DNA of 64,000 nucleotides from Eledone cirrhosa (GCA_964016885.1 OZ024757.1:2604001-2668000), one strand, 5' to 3'; numbered from the stretch's first letter, positions 1 through 13,911 are shown. Notes: generated by a model not told the origin, from the sequence alone. Made by a program: numbers and translations.

Positions 1-60
<60 letters not shown>

Positions 61-284
61 CCTACACGTCGGTAGATGTGTCAATAGAGAAATAACTAGA
101 CAGATAAGATAAAGTCGCTATCTCGACCCACGTACAACTGTCATGGCACCTTCCCTGCCATTGATGACAAATATAGAATATGTGGAGATAAAATACTTTC
201 CTCTAGACCTATTTACGTATACACACAGATAGCAATTTGCTGCGTTTTCAATGAACTGTGCAGACGCTGATATGATGTGTGTGT

Positions 285-316
<32 letters not shown>

Positions 317-389
317 ATACATACTTATCTATGTACAAATGCATATACATACATACACACATATAGTAGTGATGTGAAGTTGGTGTGTC

Positions 390-420
<31 letters not shown>

Positions 421-487
421 ATGTGCATATGTATATGTATGTGTATATATATATATAAATATATATAAATACGTATCTGTGTACATG

Positions 488-526
<39 letters not shown>

Positions 527-669
527 GTGATATCAAATTGTTCAGTGTATATATATATATATATACATATATGTGTGTGTGTATTCGTACAGAAATTACA
601 TATACACATGCATATATACACATATACACTCAATATGCTCTAACGCACACTTATATACATACGTATATA

Positions 670-700
<31 letters not shown>
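1..700. repeat. (TA)n/(TG)n microsatellite mosaic
   Basis: Dinucleotide tracts read directly; a short unique island at about 60-260. Confidence 0.9.
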
Positions 701-702
<2 letters not shown>

Positions 703-704
703 CA

Positions 705-1260
705 CACACCCAGTTATCTCTATAATGCCGTATGTATGTATATATGCATGTATGTATAAATATATACACCCAGTCTATGTTATCTCTATAGTACCGTATA
801 TATGTGTATATGCATGTATGTATAAATATATACACCCAGTCTATGTTACCTCTATAGTGCCGTATATATGTGTATATGCATGTATTTATAAATATATACA
901 CCCAGTCTATGTTATCTCTATAGTACCGTATATATGTGTATATGCATGTATGTATAAATATATACACCGAGGCTATGTTATCTCTATAGTGCCGTATATA
1001 TGTATATATATGCATGTATGTATAAATATAAACACCCAGTCTATGTTATCTCTATAGTGCAGTATATATGTATAAATGCATGTATGTATAAATATATACA
1101 CCCAGTCTATGTTATCTCTATAGTACTGTATATATGTGTATATGCATGTATGTATAAATATATACACCGAGGCTATGTTATCTCTATAGTGCAGTATATA
1201 TATGTATATATGCATGTATGTATAAATATATACACCCAGTCTATGTTATCTCTATAGTGC
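705..1260. repeat. ~66-bp minisatellite, about 8.5 copies
   Basis: CCCAGTCTATGTTATCTCTATAGT-like motif recurs at 769, 835, 901, 967, 1035, 1101, 1167 and 1235. Confidence 0.9.
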
Positions 1261-1324
1261 TGTAATTTTTGCATAAAAAAACTACTTTCTAAACATATGT
1301 TGTGTGTTTTGATAGACAATATTA

Positions 1325-1655
1325 GGTGTGTGTGTGTATGTGTGTATGTGTGTATGTGTGTATGTGTGTGCGTATGTGTGTATGTATATGTATGCGTGTG
1401 TATGTGTGTATGTGTGTGTATGTGTGTATGTGTGTGTATGTGCGTATGTGTGCGTCTGTGTGTGTATGTGTGTGTGTGTGTATGTATGTGTGTGTGTATG
1501 TGTATGTGTGTGTGTGTATGTGTGTGTGTGTGTATGTGTGTATGTGTGTATGTGTGTATGTGTGTGTGTATGTGTGTATGTGTGTATGTATATGTGTGTA
1601 TGTAGGTGTGTGTGTATGTGTGTGTCTGTGTATATGTATGTAGGTGTGTGTGTGT
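1325..1655. repeat. (TG)n/(TATG)n microsatellite
   Basis: Read directly. Confidence 0.9.
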
Positions 1656-1690
1656 CATCTGTGACTGGAGGTAACAGTGCATATATATAA

Positions 1691-1806
1691 GTGGTAAATA
1701 GGGAGGTAGCCCTAGGGCCAAGGACACCAGAAGTCTCCACTGCTACAGGTAGCCAGCTCAGCGCCTATGGTGGTGAGTAGGGAGATAGCCTTAGGGCCAA
1801 GTACAC
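1691..1806 (-). mobile_element. Two short inverted fragments of the CRE-like endonuclease region
   Basis: Reverse complement matches 4081-4151 (AVETSGVLGPRATSL..TTIGAELA) in two overlapping pieces, 1691-1743 and 1752-1806. Confidence 0.8.
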
Positions 1807-1959
1807 ATGAAGAAAATTAATTGTCGCAGGAATGCTACTACTTAAAATAAAATGTCGCCGGAGATAGGTTAGCAACATTTAATAAGCGAGGGGTGGGGTG
1901 ATGGAATAAGACCGGTGGGGTTATTCGAGATTATATGGTGAAGTGTTGGTGGTTTAGGA

Positions 1960-2170
1960 GGGTGGTGGACTGATTCAGGACATTGGTAGAGTGCTGGACT
2001 TTGTGCCGAGTATTTTATATTGTGTTCAAATCCTGTCAATGTGGACATTGTCTTTCTCCAGTCTAGGGTTGGTTAAATACCAGTTAACTACTCGGGTTTA
2101 ATTAATATTGACCTCCCCCACACACACTGATGGCCCTTTGCTGCCTAAATAACGAGTTTTAGGTAGAAGT
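1960..2170 (+). mobile_element. Degenerate tRNA-derived SINE
   Basis: B-box-like GTTCAAATCC at about 2024; diverged similarity to the SINE family at 8725. Confidence 0.5.
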
Positions 2171-2239
2171 TGGGTGTTTAACCCTCGGCCATCGTGTATC
2201 CTACACAATCATACACCTTCCAGTCATGACCAATACCTC

Positions 2240-2244
2240 GAAAT

Positions 2245-2297
<53 letters not shown>

Positions 2298-2685
2298 TTA
2301 CTATCGGTGCTGCTGCTGCTACTACTACTACTATTACTGAAATTGCTACTACAATCACCACCACTACTACTACCATTACCACCACCATCATCACTACACC
2401 ACCGCCATACCACCATCACCCCCACCATCGCCACTACACCGCCACCATCACCATTACCACCATACCACCATCACACGCCCATCACCACCATCACCCACCA
2501 TCAACATCACTACACCGCCATCACTCCCACCATCACCACTACACCATCACCATCACCACTACACCACTATTATCCCCACCATCACCACTATACCACCACT
2601 ATCACCACTACACCAGCACCACTACACCACCATTACCCCCACCATCACCACTACACCACCATTATCCCTCCCACCATCCAATTAC
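2240..2685. repeat. (ACT)n/(ACC)n trinucleotide low-complexity tract
   Basis: Read directly. Confidence 0.9.
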
Positions 2686-2689
2686 TAAA

Positions 2690-4350
2690 TGTCTGGCGGC
2701 CATCTTGTTTGTGTTGACAACATCTGGTGTTGGTCTCATCACGGCCCCTCTCAACGTTTGGTATCTGCATGTTGCTACGTTGGGCGGGCCCGTACTGACG
2801 GTCTGCCAAGACCTTCAATCGGTGATTCCTGCCCTGGCAGGAATCGGCCTCCAGGTCAACTCGGCCAAGTCGGAGGTGGTGAACGTCAGCCTCGATGCTG
2901 CGAGCTTTGCAGCCTCCGTCTTGGACGTGCGGTCCATTCTCCGCCAGGTTCAGGTGACCCCCAAAGAGGATGTCTTCATCCTCGGGTCACCGATCCACCC
3001 GCCGGCCATCCGCTCCACCATCAGGTCCAGGCTTCAACAACTCCAGACTCTCACGAGCCGACTGGACTTGATTGACGGCCACCCAGCTCTCTTTCTGCTG
3101 AGGAACTGTTCGCCATGCCGAAGCTCCTCTATACACTCCGCAGCGCTCCATGCTACACCCAGACATCTCTCCTCGCTGACCTCGATACTTGTATCTGAGC
3201 AGCAGCCGAGGGGATATGCAACGTCAAGTTTGACGATATAGGGTGGCAACAGGCCACTTTACCGGTCATGTATGGCGGCCTAGGTTTCCGGTCCCCGATC
3301 TCACTAGCTTTGCCGGCGTATCTTTCGTCGGTAACCTCGTGCCGCGTCCTCGTCAGCAGGGTTCTTCAAAACACAACAGAACCCTCTGTGTTCAGAGAAC
3401 GTGAGGCCGCCTGTGAGACGTGGGACCGGCTGGGTCTTAGCCCAGTAGACATCCCTCCTCCTTCTCCCCCTGTTGACGTCAAGTCCCCTCAACGCACTTG
3501 GGATGTCATCCAGTGCAGCCTGGTCTAAGACAGGTTCACGCGCCAGCTCGACCAGCACCGCCTTGCTTGTTTTCGTGCGGCCTCCAAACCCCACAGTGGT
3601 GCCTGGCTCCATTCTCTGCCCTCCTTCTCCACTGGCACGCAGCTAGACAACCATAGCATGAGAATCGGCGTTTCGCTGAGGCTCGGCCTCCGGATCTGCC
3701 AGCCACACCAATCTCGCTGCGGTTCCACCGTGGACTCTTTCGGCCTCCACCCGCTTTCCTGTCGCCACAGTGCCAGCCGCATTCCACGCCATGCTGCCCT
3801 CAACGAGGTCATTAAGCATGGCTTGGACGCTGCAGGCTTCCCTTTCCAGCTCGAGCCGGTGGGGCTGGATCGAGGGGACGGCAAAAGGCCAGATGGCATG
3901 ACCATCTTCCCGTTCCGCCGTGGCAAACCCCTCGTCTGGGATGCCACTTGCACCGACACTTTCTGCAGCCGCAACCTGGTGCAGTCTGCGACTGACCCAG
4001 GTTCGGCTGCACGTCGGGCTGAGGGGGACAAACTCCTCAAATACCGGTCGCTCTCCGACAGGTTTGCGGTCGTTCCCCTGGCAGTGGAGACTTCTGGTGT
4101 CCTCGGCCCCAGGGCTACCTCCTTACTCACCACCATAGGCGCTGAGCTGGCCAGCCGCAGGTGTGAGCCCCGCGAGTTGGAGTGGCTTTTCCAACGCATC
4201 TCCCTTGCCGTCCTCCGGGGAAACGCCTTCTCCATTCTGGCCGCCGGGGCTGTGGGTGGGCCCCATCGCGTACCAATACATTAGTTAAATTCTACTAAGG
4301 GCCATATAAGTTCCTATAACGTTAAAATATTGTGACGTGAAATATTTCAG
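2690..4350 (+). mobile_element. 5'-truncated CRE-like non-LTR retrotransposon (RT C-terminus + restriction-like endonuclease), disrupted
   Basis: GC-rich island. WYLHVATLGG is a degenerate WYLDD RT motif; also LQVNSAKSE and LPVMYGGLG. Frameshift at about 3110 and stop at 3526. Confidence 0.8.
3658..4284 (+). pseudogene. Zinc knuckle + PD-(D/E)xK restriction-like endonuclease of the CRE-like element
   Basis: CG..H..SC, RH, KRPDG, WDATC, AEGDKLLKY, PLAVETSG, QRISLAVLRGNA. Confidence 0.85.
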
Positions 4351-4356
4351 TTTGAT

Positions 4357-4960
4357 AATATACACACACACACACATATATATATACACATACACACACA
4401 CACACATATACACATACACACATACACACACACACACATATATATATATACACATACACACATATATATATACACATACACACACACATATATATACACA
4501 TACACACACACACACACACATATATATATACACACACACACATATATATACATATACACACACACACATATATATATATACACATACGCACACACACATA
4601 TATATATATATACATACACACACATATATATATACACATATATATACACATACTCACACACATATATATACATATATATATATACACACATACACACGCA
4701 CATATATACACATATACATATATGTATATACATATATATATATATACACACACAAATATACATACATATATATATATAAATGCACACACACATACACACA
4801 TACACACATACATATAAAGATGGTATGGTAAGATACGAGTGGCCATATGTTTACATATATACATACATACACGCTCACACATGCACACGTATACATTCAC
4901 ACCTATACACACATATATATGTGCACACACACACACATATATTTATGGTTATATATATAT
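4357..4960. repeat. (CA)n/(TA)n microsatellite
   Basis: Read directly. Confidence 0.9.
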
Positions 4961-5178
4961 GAAAAGAGTCAGGAGCCCGACGGCTGAGCTCCGGCCGTCT
5001 CCACGGTTAGATCCGAACTAAAGTTAGATCCGAACTTTAGTTCGGATCTAGTTGTTGAAACGGCCGGAGCTCAGCCGTCGGGTTCTGAATCTTTTCATAT
5101 TACCCACTCCACTACCCTAAATATCAAGTACTCTGGTGCGTTATGGTCCTCCTGGTTCTTACCACACCCTCTTTGTTT
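4961..5178 (+). mobile_element. TA-flanked fold-back element, family A (3' half of an HHR)
   Basis: Inverted repeat 4961-5096; GAAACGGC..GCCGTC at 5057-5079. Relatives at 9461, 15088, 44272, 49332 and 58068. Confidence 0.7.
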
Positions 5179-5408
5179 ATATATAAATATATGTATATAA
5201 GTATGTATACGTACATACATATATGTATACAGAAGTACAGTAGTATGTATATATATATACATACATGCACATATATATATATATATGTTCGTATGGGTTT
5301 ACCGAACATTTATTATAATGCTCGGTTTGTTTGTAAACAAACATCCCGAATTAAGCCGTACAGTGTTTAGCAATCATCGTTGCCCTTTTGTTCAACACTG
5401 ACAAAGGA

Positions 5409-5451
5409 ACGCTGTACTAGTTTCAAGCTTATTAGCTATCGTCAGCATCGT
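5409..5451 (-). ncRNA. Type I hammerhead ribozyme, family F2
   Basis: Reverse complement: acgatg CTGACGA t agct aata agct t GAAA ctag TA cagcgt. Confidence 0.75.
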
Positions 5452-5913
5452 ATACCTTCCTGCCAGATGATTGAACGTCTGAAAGTATATACTTTCCTTA
5501 TGCATATTAACGGCTGAGCAACCTAATTTGCAACGATAAACGGAAAAAATGAAACGAAATTTCATTTCTCACTCTTAGTACGGCTGTTACTTAAATATAA
5601 GTATGTATACGTACATACATATATACAATGTAAATACATGAGGTTTTAATTAATTTTAATTTAATTTATTAACTTTTAATTTTTAATTAATTTATTTATT
5701 AACTTTTAATTTTTAATTAATTTATTTATTAACTTTTAATTAATTTATTAACTTTTAATTTTTAATTGTAATTATTGTACAATTATCTGGAATTCTACGT
5801 TGCATCCATTCCACTCTGTAAATACGAAACTGTTGTTCACAGCATTAATATCTATGTATCTCTATGATTGTTCAGTTGAATAGGAGGTTAATTATATGTA
5901 CAAACATTGCTAC

Positions 5914-5960
5914 TGCTCCGATGAATCCAAACGAAAGTTTGGAAGAAACAATTGTCAGCA
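5914..5960 (+). ncRNA. Type I hammerhead ribozyme, family F3 (CCGAUGA core variant)
   Basis: tgct CCGATGA a tccaaac gaaa gtttgga a GAAA caattg TC agca. Confidence 0.7.
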
Positions 5961-7157
5961 TTAAAATGATTTGAACATAGCTTTGATTATTGGGGGAGAT
6001 GACCCCTTATCCTTTGTCAAGGCAGAATTATAGGAGAAGGGAAACTCTGATATAACACCTGCAACCCTGATGGTATCCGATGATGTTGACTTGTTCTTCT
6101 TTTTGGTAAATATCATCTTGGTTAAGAGAGTGGGACTGACTTTGTGCAGTGCCTTTGCTCACTATAAAAGCTTCACGGCACAGGCATTGCTTTATATCTG
6201 GAGATCTCTCTGCACTTGTCATCACATGGTACCATGGGCCCAGCACTATGTGTCAATAATTGTCACAAGTGTAGTGTTTGTACCAGAGTTTTCAAGTCGC
6301 TGGCTGGACTAAAACGTCACACTTGTTCAGCACATCGGTAGGGGTTCTCCTACATGGATATAAAGTAGTGGCCGTACTCGAAAACGAGTTGGCAGCCACC
6401 ATATATATATATATATATATATAAATTATAAATTACACAATAATCAAAGCTATGTTCAAATTATTTTATTTATAAATTTTATAGCCTGAAATATTATACC
6501 TTTAGATTAATTCATTATTCTGAAATAACATAAATGATTCGAAATTTAACGATCAGCCGGATACGTTTGGATTTATATAGTGTATATAATTAATTGTTAG
6601 TATATTTCTAATTGACTAAGGACTCGAAATTAAATCCTCATATAATTACACCCAGATACATTTAATATATAGATTCATGGATACTTCTAGATAATTCAAA
6701 GATTCGAGTTTACTCTTTCACAAAGCTATGCTCAAATGTATATTCATATTTATATAGATATATATATTTGCATCATCTAATCACACCCTATTCATCACGA
6801 CAATACAAATCTCCCTCCTTATGCTTTATACTATAAACATTTTTCCTCCTTGTCTCTCTATCTCTGATCACTTCTCTTTTGCTTTCTATACTTCTAGTAA
6901 CTATATTTTTCCTCATTTATTTCTCTCTGTCTTTCTTCTTCTTTCTTCAATAATTTAAATTATTTGAATCTCTAACAGTTATGTAAATTCCTATTACGTA
7001 TTTTTAAGCTTTTTCACACGCACCCTCTGTATTAAATGTAAATGTTTTCATGTCTCAATCTTAAGGTATATAAATATTGAGTTTTGTCATATCTTATTCA
7101 CTACCATGACTGAATCTTAACCATCTACTAAGTCAGGGTATGTCATGCATCATCTTG

Positions 7158-7220
7158 TTTTATCTGATGAGGACGTAAAGTTGAAGATAGCTCAGTACCT
7201 CTGAAATATGTATAATAAAA
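7158..7220 (+). ncRNA. Minimal type I hammerhead, family F4, at the end of an AT/CT-rich PLE-3'-like segment
   Basis: ttttat CTGATGA ggac..gtacctct GAAA tatgta TA ataaaa; stem II imperfect. Confidence 0.65.
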
Positions 7221-7262
7221 TATACTTGATCACACGAATGTTTATTTTTGTTAATATTTTGA

Positions 7263-7391
<129 letters not shown>

Positions 7392-7392
7392 A

Positions 7393-7473
<81 letters not shown>

Positions 7474-7752
7474 AAGAGTGAAGAATAACATAGTCGGCTG
7501 TACAAAAAGGTTGTTATTTATAATATCAACAATCGTTTCATTGATCAGGTGCGTCTAAAGGCCGCTGATCACGCGAAATTGCGTCACTCGACCTTAAATA
7601 CAGTGTGTGTCTCTGATAAAATCATTGGAACACACACAGAGACACATATATATATATTTAGAGAGAGTGAGAGAGGGAGTGGCTTGCCTGATGCTTACCT
7701 TAGGATGAAACATTTCTAGTCCTGTGGAAGCTATCCCTATATTAAAATCTAA

Positions 7753-8242
7753 TTTCCTGTAAACAGACATTCGTCTCATTCTGACGTCACCAGCCATGTT
7801 CTCCATGTGCGTTTATTTTCATAATTACGCATGATGTGAACTAGCCTACTTTTAAATTCCCTTTTGGCATATTATAACAGTGGTTTAGGGTTATCGTGTT
7901 TTTGAGCTCTGCTGATGAACGATTCCAACCGTGACCATCCCCACTGAAAGTTTCGTGAAATAGTCTTTTTAAGACTATACAGAGCATTTATAGTTTTTCC
8001 AAATTGAAGGATGAGTATTTAAACTTTATTTTATTCTGAGTTAAGGCTCTATTGATTTTTCCCTGGATTTCACAAAATTCTGTGGATAAATCTATGTCTT
8101 GATTTTTTTTTTAATTGAGTTTGAATTATTTTCCCACATCTTACGTTAACTATTTTTCCATTTTGACGCTATAGTCACTTATATATTATGAAATACTGTT
8201 GGCTTCTCGCTACAATAATCTCTATACTTTCATTTATATATA
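7753..8242 (+). mobile_element. Dispersed, diverged partial monomer of the 633-bp repeat (opposite orientation to the array)
   Basis: Reverse complement aligns to the array unit; ends TTTCATTTATATA fused to TA. Confidence 0.85.
7906..7985 (+). ncRNA. Canonical type I hammerhead ribozyme, family F1
   Basis: gctctg CTGATGA acga..tcgt GAAA tagtct tttta agacta TA cagagc; all three stems pair. Confidence 0.9.
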
Positions 8243-8243
8243 T

Positions 8244-9420
8244 ACTAGCATTAAAGCCCGGCGTTGCTCGGGGTCATCAAGTTACCAAAGTTAGGTTGCA
8301 CAACCCATTTTATGGCAGCAATTTTTTGTCTGCCAGGCACTGGGTGAATGAATTGCAGACCTGGAAGCAGGAGCTGCGCCAGCAGTGACAATTGTAGTTT
8401 CGCCTATGGATATTATCTCTGTGCAAAAAAGTGTTGAAATTTATTGTTTCACAGTACTTGCGCAACACGCGCGTAGACGATGCCAGCCGAACAACAGAGC
8501 TGCGATGGAGTTGTTCTGCATGGTTGTCTGTGTGTTTTCTAAATTTAAGACAGTAGGGAGTGGTGTGATATGGAGGAGAGTTAGCTGCTGTTTCTAGCAG
8601 GTTTAGTGACCTCATAGAAGATATGTTTTCTAAATTTAAGACAGTAGGGAGGGGTGTGGTATGGGGGAGAGTTAGCTGCTGTTTCTAGCAGGTTTAGTGA
8701 CCTCATAGAGGATATTATTGTTTATTGGCAGTATCGGTAGAGGGTCGGACGCCATGCTTTGCAGCATAGTTACGTCCATTTACGGACTGAGTTCAAATCC
8801 CGCCGAGGTTAACTTTGCCTTTCATCCTTACGGGGTCGATAAAATAAAGTACCAGTAATGCACTGGGTAATTGCTGGCCTTGTGCCTAATGTAGAAACAA
8901 TTATCTATAAAAGGCAGATTGTTGTTGTTGTTGTTGAAGTGAGTGTGTGCTTGTATGCGTTTGGAAAAGAGGTTTTAAAAAAGATTTATCGCTTGTTGTT
9001 GAATAAATGTATCTGTTGCTTTTGAATAATTGTCGTTTCGTGTGAAATGTAATAATTTGAAGTATAAAAGAGAAAGTAGCAAAATGTGTGGGTTGTAGAT
9101 AGAGGGTAGCAGATGATATGAGAGAGTAAAACGGACAGTATCACCATCAAGCTTGGAAAGAGAAAGTAGCAGAAGTATGAAGTTGTATAGATTGTGAATG
9201 GTAGTGGAAAGAGTTTAGCAGTTTAAATGACAGAGAAAAATCGTAAAATATTGAGTTTTATCTATTTTTTGCGTAATTGTGGGTGAAATTGAAAAAATGA
9301 GATGTGCCAAGACGCAATCGAAACTATTTCGAATACTGAATTGTAAATTTCAATTGAAGAAATTCTATATCGTAGATTTCTATAAGAAAGGAGCATGACC
9401 ACACACTGAGCTTTATAGAT
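8244..9420 (+). mobile_element. Non-autonomous Helitron/Helentron-like element with a nested SINE
   Basis: Starts ACTAGC..CCCGGCGTTGCTCGGG and ends CACACACTGAGCTTTATAGAT; the same terminal motif occurs reverse-complemented at 22042-22070. Confidence 0.5.
8725..8903 (+). mobile_element. tRNA-derived SINE (Nin/Deu-like core)
   Basis: A-box TGGCAGTATCGG, B-box GAGTTCAAATCCC, core CTTTCATCCTTACGGGGTCGATAAAATAAAGTACC. Confidence 0.85.
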
Positions 9421-9589
9421 TATGATATATATATATATATGAGTGTGTGTGTGCGTATATGAAACATTCGGGACCCCGATGTCTGAGCTGCGGCCGTCGG
9501 GGTACCGAATTTTTCATATTACCCACTCCACTACTCCAGGTATTGAGTACTCTGGTGAGTAATGGTCTAACAGGTTTTACTGGCTCCAT

Positions 9590-9669
<80 letters not shown>

Positions 9670-9708
9670 GATATTAATAAATGGAAACTATATTTATAAA
9701 ACCATATT

Positions 9709-9773
9709 TATTTCATTATACATATTTCAGGGATACCACATTAAATTATGGTATGCCTTCATCAGACAAAATA
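9709..9773 (-). ncRNA. Type I hammerhead, family F5 (left arm)
   Basis: Mirror image of 10046-10110. Confidence 0.75.
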
Positions 9774-10045
9774 CAATATATAACAGTTTTACAAATAGCT
9801 TTGACGTACCCTTTTAAAATGCAACCATTACTTTTGGAGGCTGTCTGGATAGTGATTTGTTTATATTATTTTAATAAGTTATAGTGTTAAGCACAATTAG
9901 AAAAAGACGGAGAAAAAAAAAATTGTGCTTAACACTATAACTTATTAAAATAATATAAACAAATCACTATCCAGACAGCCTCCAAAAGTAATGGTTGCAT
10001 TTTAAAAGGGTACGTCAAAGCTATTTGTAAAACTGTTATATATTG

Positions 10046-10110
10046 TATTTTGTCTGATGAAGGCAAACCATAATTTAATGTGGTATCCCTGAAATATGTA
10101 TAATGAAATA
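10046..10110 (+). ncRNA. Type I hammerhead, family F5 (right arm)
   Basis: tattttgt CTGATGA agg..accat..gtggt..cct GAAA tatgta TA atgaaata. Confidence 0.75.
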
Positions 10111-10394
10111 AATATGGTTTTATAAATATAGTTTCCATTTATTAATATCGTATATCTACTCCAAAAACTTGTCGAGTGCTTTATATCAGTTATAAAAATA
10201 TTTACTTGTTGTATCCCAACAACTTTAAATAGAACTTTTGTATATATATATATATATGTGTGTGGGTGTGTATATATATAATAGTGGAGGTGTGATTTAA
10301 ATACCCGGGGGTAGACAGCAGGAATTAATTATTTCAATAAAAAATGTCTTTACCACTGAGAAGGAAAATATTGTGACTGAATATGTTTGACTAT

Positions 10395-11505
10395 AAGACA
10401 GACATACATACATACAGACACACACACAGTCATACATAGACATACACACACCACACATAGACATACACATACACACACACATAGACATACACACAGACAT
10501 ACACGCACCACACAGACATACACACACCACACGCACAGAGACTATACACACACCACACACAGACATACACACACCACACACACAGACTATACACACACCA
10601 CACACACATACATACACCACACACAGACAAAGACTATACACACACCACACACAGACATACACACATCACACACAGACTATACACACACCACACACAGACA
10701 TACACACACCACACATGGACATACACACACCACACACACATACATACACACACCACACACACAGAGACTATACACGCACCACACACATATATACACACAC
10801 CACACACACATACATACACACACCACACACACAGAGACTATACACACACCACACACACAGAAACACACACACACACACACAGACATACACACACCACACA
10901 CAGACATACACACACCACACACAGACATACACACACCACACACACAGACACACACACACACACACACACACAGACATACACACACCACACACACAGACAT
11001 ACACACACACACAGACATACACACACCACACACACAAAGACTATACACACCACACACACAGACATACACACACCACACACACAGAGACTATACACACACA
11101 CAGACATACACACACCACACACAGACATACACACACCACACACACAGACATACACACACCACACACACAGACATACACACAAACCACACACACAGACACA
11201 CACACACCACACACCACACACACCACACACCACACACAACACACACACACCACACACCACACACACACACACACACACCACACACACCACACACCAGACA
11301 GACACACACACACACCACACACACCACACACCACACACCACACACACACCACACACACCACACACACACATCACACACCACACATACACACCACACACAG
11401 AGACATACAAACGCCACACACACAGAGACTATACACACACACTAGCACATATATACACACACATACTTTACATACGCAGCACACTTCACACAGACATACA
11501 CACAC
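10395..11505. repeat. (CA)n-derived compound micro/minisatellite
   Basis: Units such as ACAGACATACACACACCACAC repeated. Confidence 0.9.
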
Positions 11506-11868
11506 ATAAGCAATCCCTTCCACACACACACCACAGACACAGAGGCACTCGCCTCCCCACACACCAGACCCCCCACATACAGGCACTCCCCTCCCCACAC
11601 GCAGGTACAGCCCTCCCGCCACACAGGTACTCCCCAGACACACTCCCCCACACCCCACACACAATGTAGTATTTTAAACTCCCCCAAATTAAAGTGAGAA
11701 CCACACAAAGGGTGACCCACACTATTACCGATGCCCCCCATCCCACCCTCACCCTTCAATATTTTATCCCACTGCAGCAGCCCCCCTCCCCTCCAAAAAA
11801 ACAACTGACTGACCTCAGTTTTCACCCCCGCGAAGTCCTCTATGTTGCTAATGACTAGAAAGGTGACG

Positions 11869-12167
11869 TACTCTCGGGTCCCAAATAATAAGAAGGGTAG
11901 GTAATATTTCTAGGTTGTCTCCCTTGATTTAAAAAAAAACCAGAATTAGTCGTTTAGTTTACATATTGAGACCCCAACCGATCCTATTTATTTTATAACA
12001 TTTGGGATTTCTAGTAATGTACTTTGTTGTCATGTAGAATGTTTTTAATCTTTAAAGACATTTAATTATCGCAGGAAAGCTGCTACTTAAAATAAAACTT
12101 CACCGGGGATAGATTAGGAAATATAATAAGCTGGGGAAGGAGGACGATTATTCGAGCCCGGAGAATA
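11869..12167. mobile_element. Possible MITE with imperfect TIRs
   Basis: TACTCTCGGGTCCCAAATAA versus TTATTCGAGCCCGGAGAATA; related pieces at 1820-1930, 58433 and 59016. Confidence 0.35.
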
Positions 12168-12374
12168 TTTCTTTTCTATATAAGGACTCTTTCTGATATA
12201 GTCACACTCTACTATCCTTAGTATCGCGTACTCAGTTGAATAATGGCCTAAGTAGATTAATACCGATTATATATAAAATAAAGTTTGTACATATGCTGCA
12301 AATAGATACAGCCACAACGAAACGGACCTCATAACGGCATCGAATGGCGCGCTGCCTGTAACTATTGTTACACA

Positions 12375-12424
<50 letters not shown>

Positions 12425-12480
12425 ACTGGAACTTAATAATCAAGACCGTAGCGGTATGTTATATATATCAAATCATATAT

Positions 12481-12540
12481 TTTGTCTGATGAGGACGTAC
12501 TGAAAAAACAACACAGGACCTTTGAATTATATATAATAAA
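12481..12540 (+). ncRNA. Degenerate hammerhead, family F4
   Basis: tttgt CTGATGA ggacgtactg..cag..GAAT tatata TA ataaa (GAAA changed to GAAT). Confidence 0.5.
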
Positions 12541-12824
12541 GTATATATTTTGATTATGAGAATATTTTTCATTTGTTAATATTTTGAATAATATTATATA
12601 TATATATATAAATGTAAGTATGTATGTATACGTACATACATATATGTATACAGACGTACAGTAGCATGCAAATATATATATATATATACATATATATACA
12701 TACAGGCACACATATATATATGTACGTATCAGTTTAGCGAACATTTATTATAATGTTCGCTTTGTTCGTTTGTAAACAAACGGACAGCCTGATTTATGTC
12801 GTACGGTGTTAAGGCAACCAAATA

Positions 12825-12888
<64 letters not shown>

Positions 12889-13125
12889 CATGCTACTGTA
12901 CGTCTGTATACATATATGTATGTACGTATACATACATACTTACATTTAAGTAAGTGCCGTACTAAGAGTGAGAAATGGAATTTCATTTGATTCTACTCCA
13001 TTTTATTGTTTTCGGTGCGCCTGGCCGACTGAACTCACTCGATATGCAAATTAGGCTGCTCTGCCGTTAATTTTCATAAGGAAAGTATATACTTTCGAAC
13101 GTTCAACCATCTGGCAGAAGGGTAT

Positions 13126-13168
13126 ACGGTGCTGACGATAGCTAACAAGCTTGAAACTAGTACATCGT
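13126..13168 (+). ncRNA. Type I hammerhead, family F2, within rearranged element 12610-13480
   Basis: acggtg CTGACGA t agct aaca agct t GAAA ctag TA catcgt. Confidence 0.85.
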
Positions 13169-13317
13169 TCCTGTGTCAGTGTTGAACAAAAAGGTGACGT
13201 GGTTGCCTTAACACCGTACGACATAAATCAAGCTGTCCGTTTGTTTACAAACGAACAAAGCGAACATTATAATAAATGTTCGCTAAACTGATACGTACAT
13301 ATATATATGTGTGCCTG

Positions 13318-13369
<52 letters not shown>

Positions 13370-13478
13370 TGTTACTGTACGTCTGTATACATATATGTAT
13401 GTAGTATACATACATACTTACATTTAAGTAAGTGCCGTACTAAGAGTGAGAAATGGAATTTCATTTCATTCTATTCCA

Positions 13479-13509
<31 letters not shown>

Positions 13510-13721
13510 ATAAAGAATTCATATCTAGTAACATATATATACATACAGATGCATATCAATGCTAGCAAATATATAGGTTTTGTCTTAATAACAGTGTGGT
13601 TCAATGCATGGGGTTGCAGAACAATAATATAAGAGACGTAAAAGAAGAAAATTATAAAATTAACTTACTTACTAAAATATCACTTCCAACTAATTAGTTT
13701 CTGGAATGGAGTAAATATGGA

Positions 13722-13850
<129 letters not shown>

Positions 13851-13872
13851 TATATATATATATATATATGGA

Positions 13873-13911
<39 letters not shown>

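Larger units (their letters stand above)
9664..10155. repeat. Near-perfect 235-bp inverted repeat, 22-nt spacer (family F5)
   Basis: Arms 9664-9898 and 9921-10155; mirror-image ORFs differ by one residue. Confidence 0.95.

Noticed and set aside
6028-6400. Higher-complexity island with short ORFs
   Set aside because: No recognisable protein motif in any frame I could read.
8725-8810. tRNA gene
   Set aside because: The A and B boxes belong to a SINE head; there is no intact cloverleaf and the SINE core follows.
9681-10138. Mirror-image 67-aa ORFs as a gene pair
   Set aside because: A by-product of the inverted repeat.
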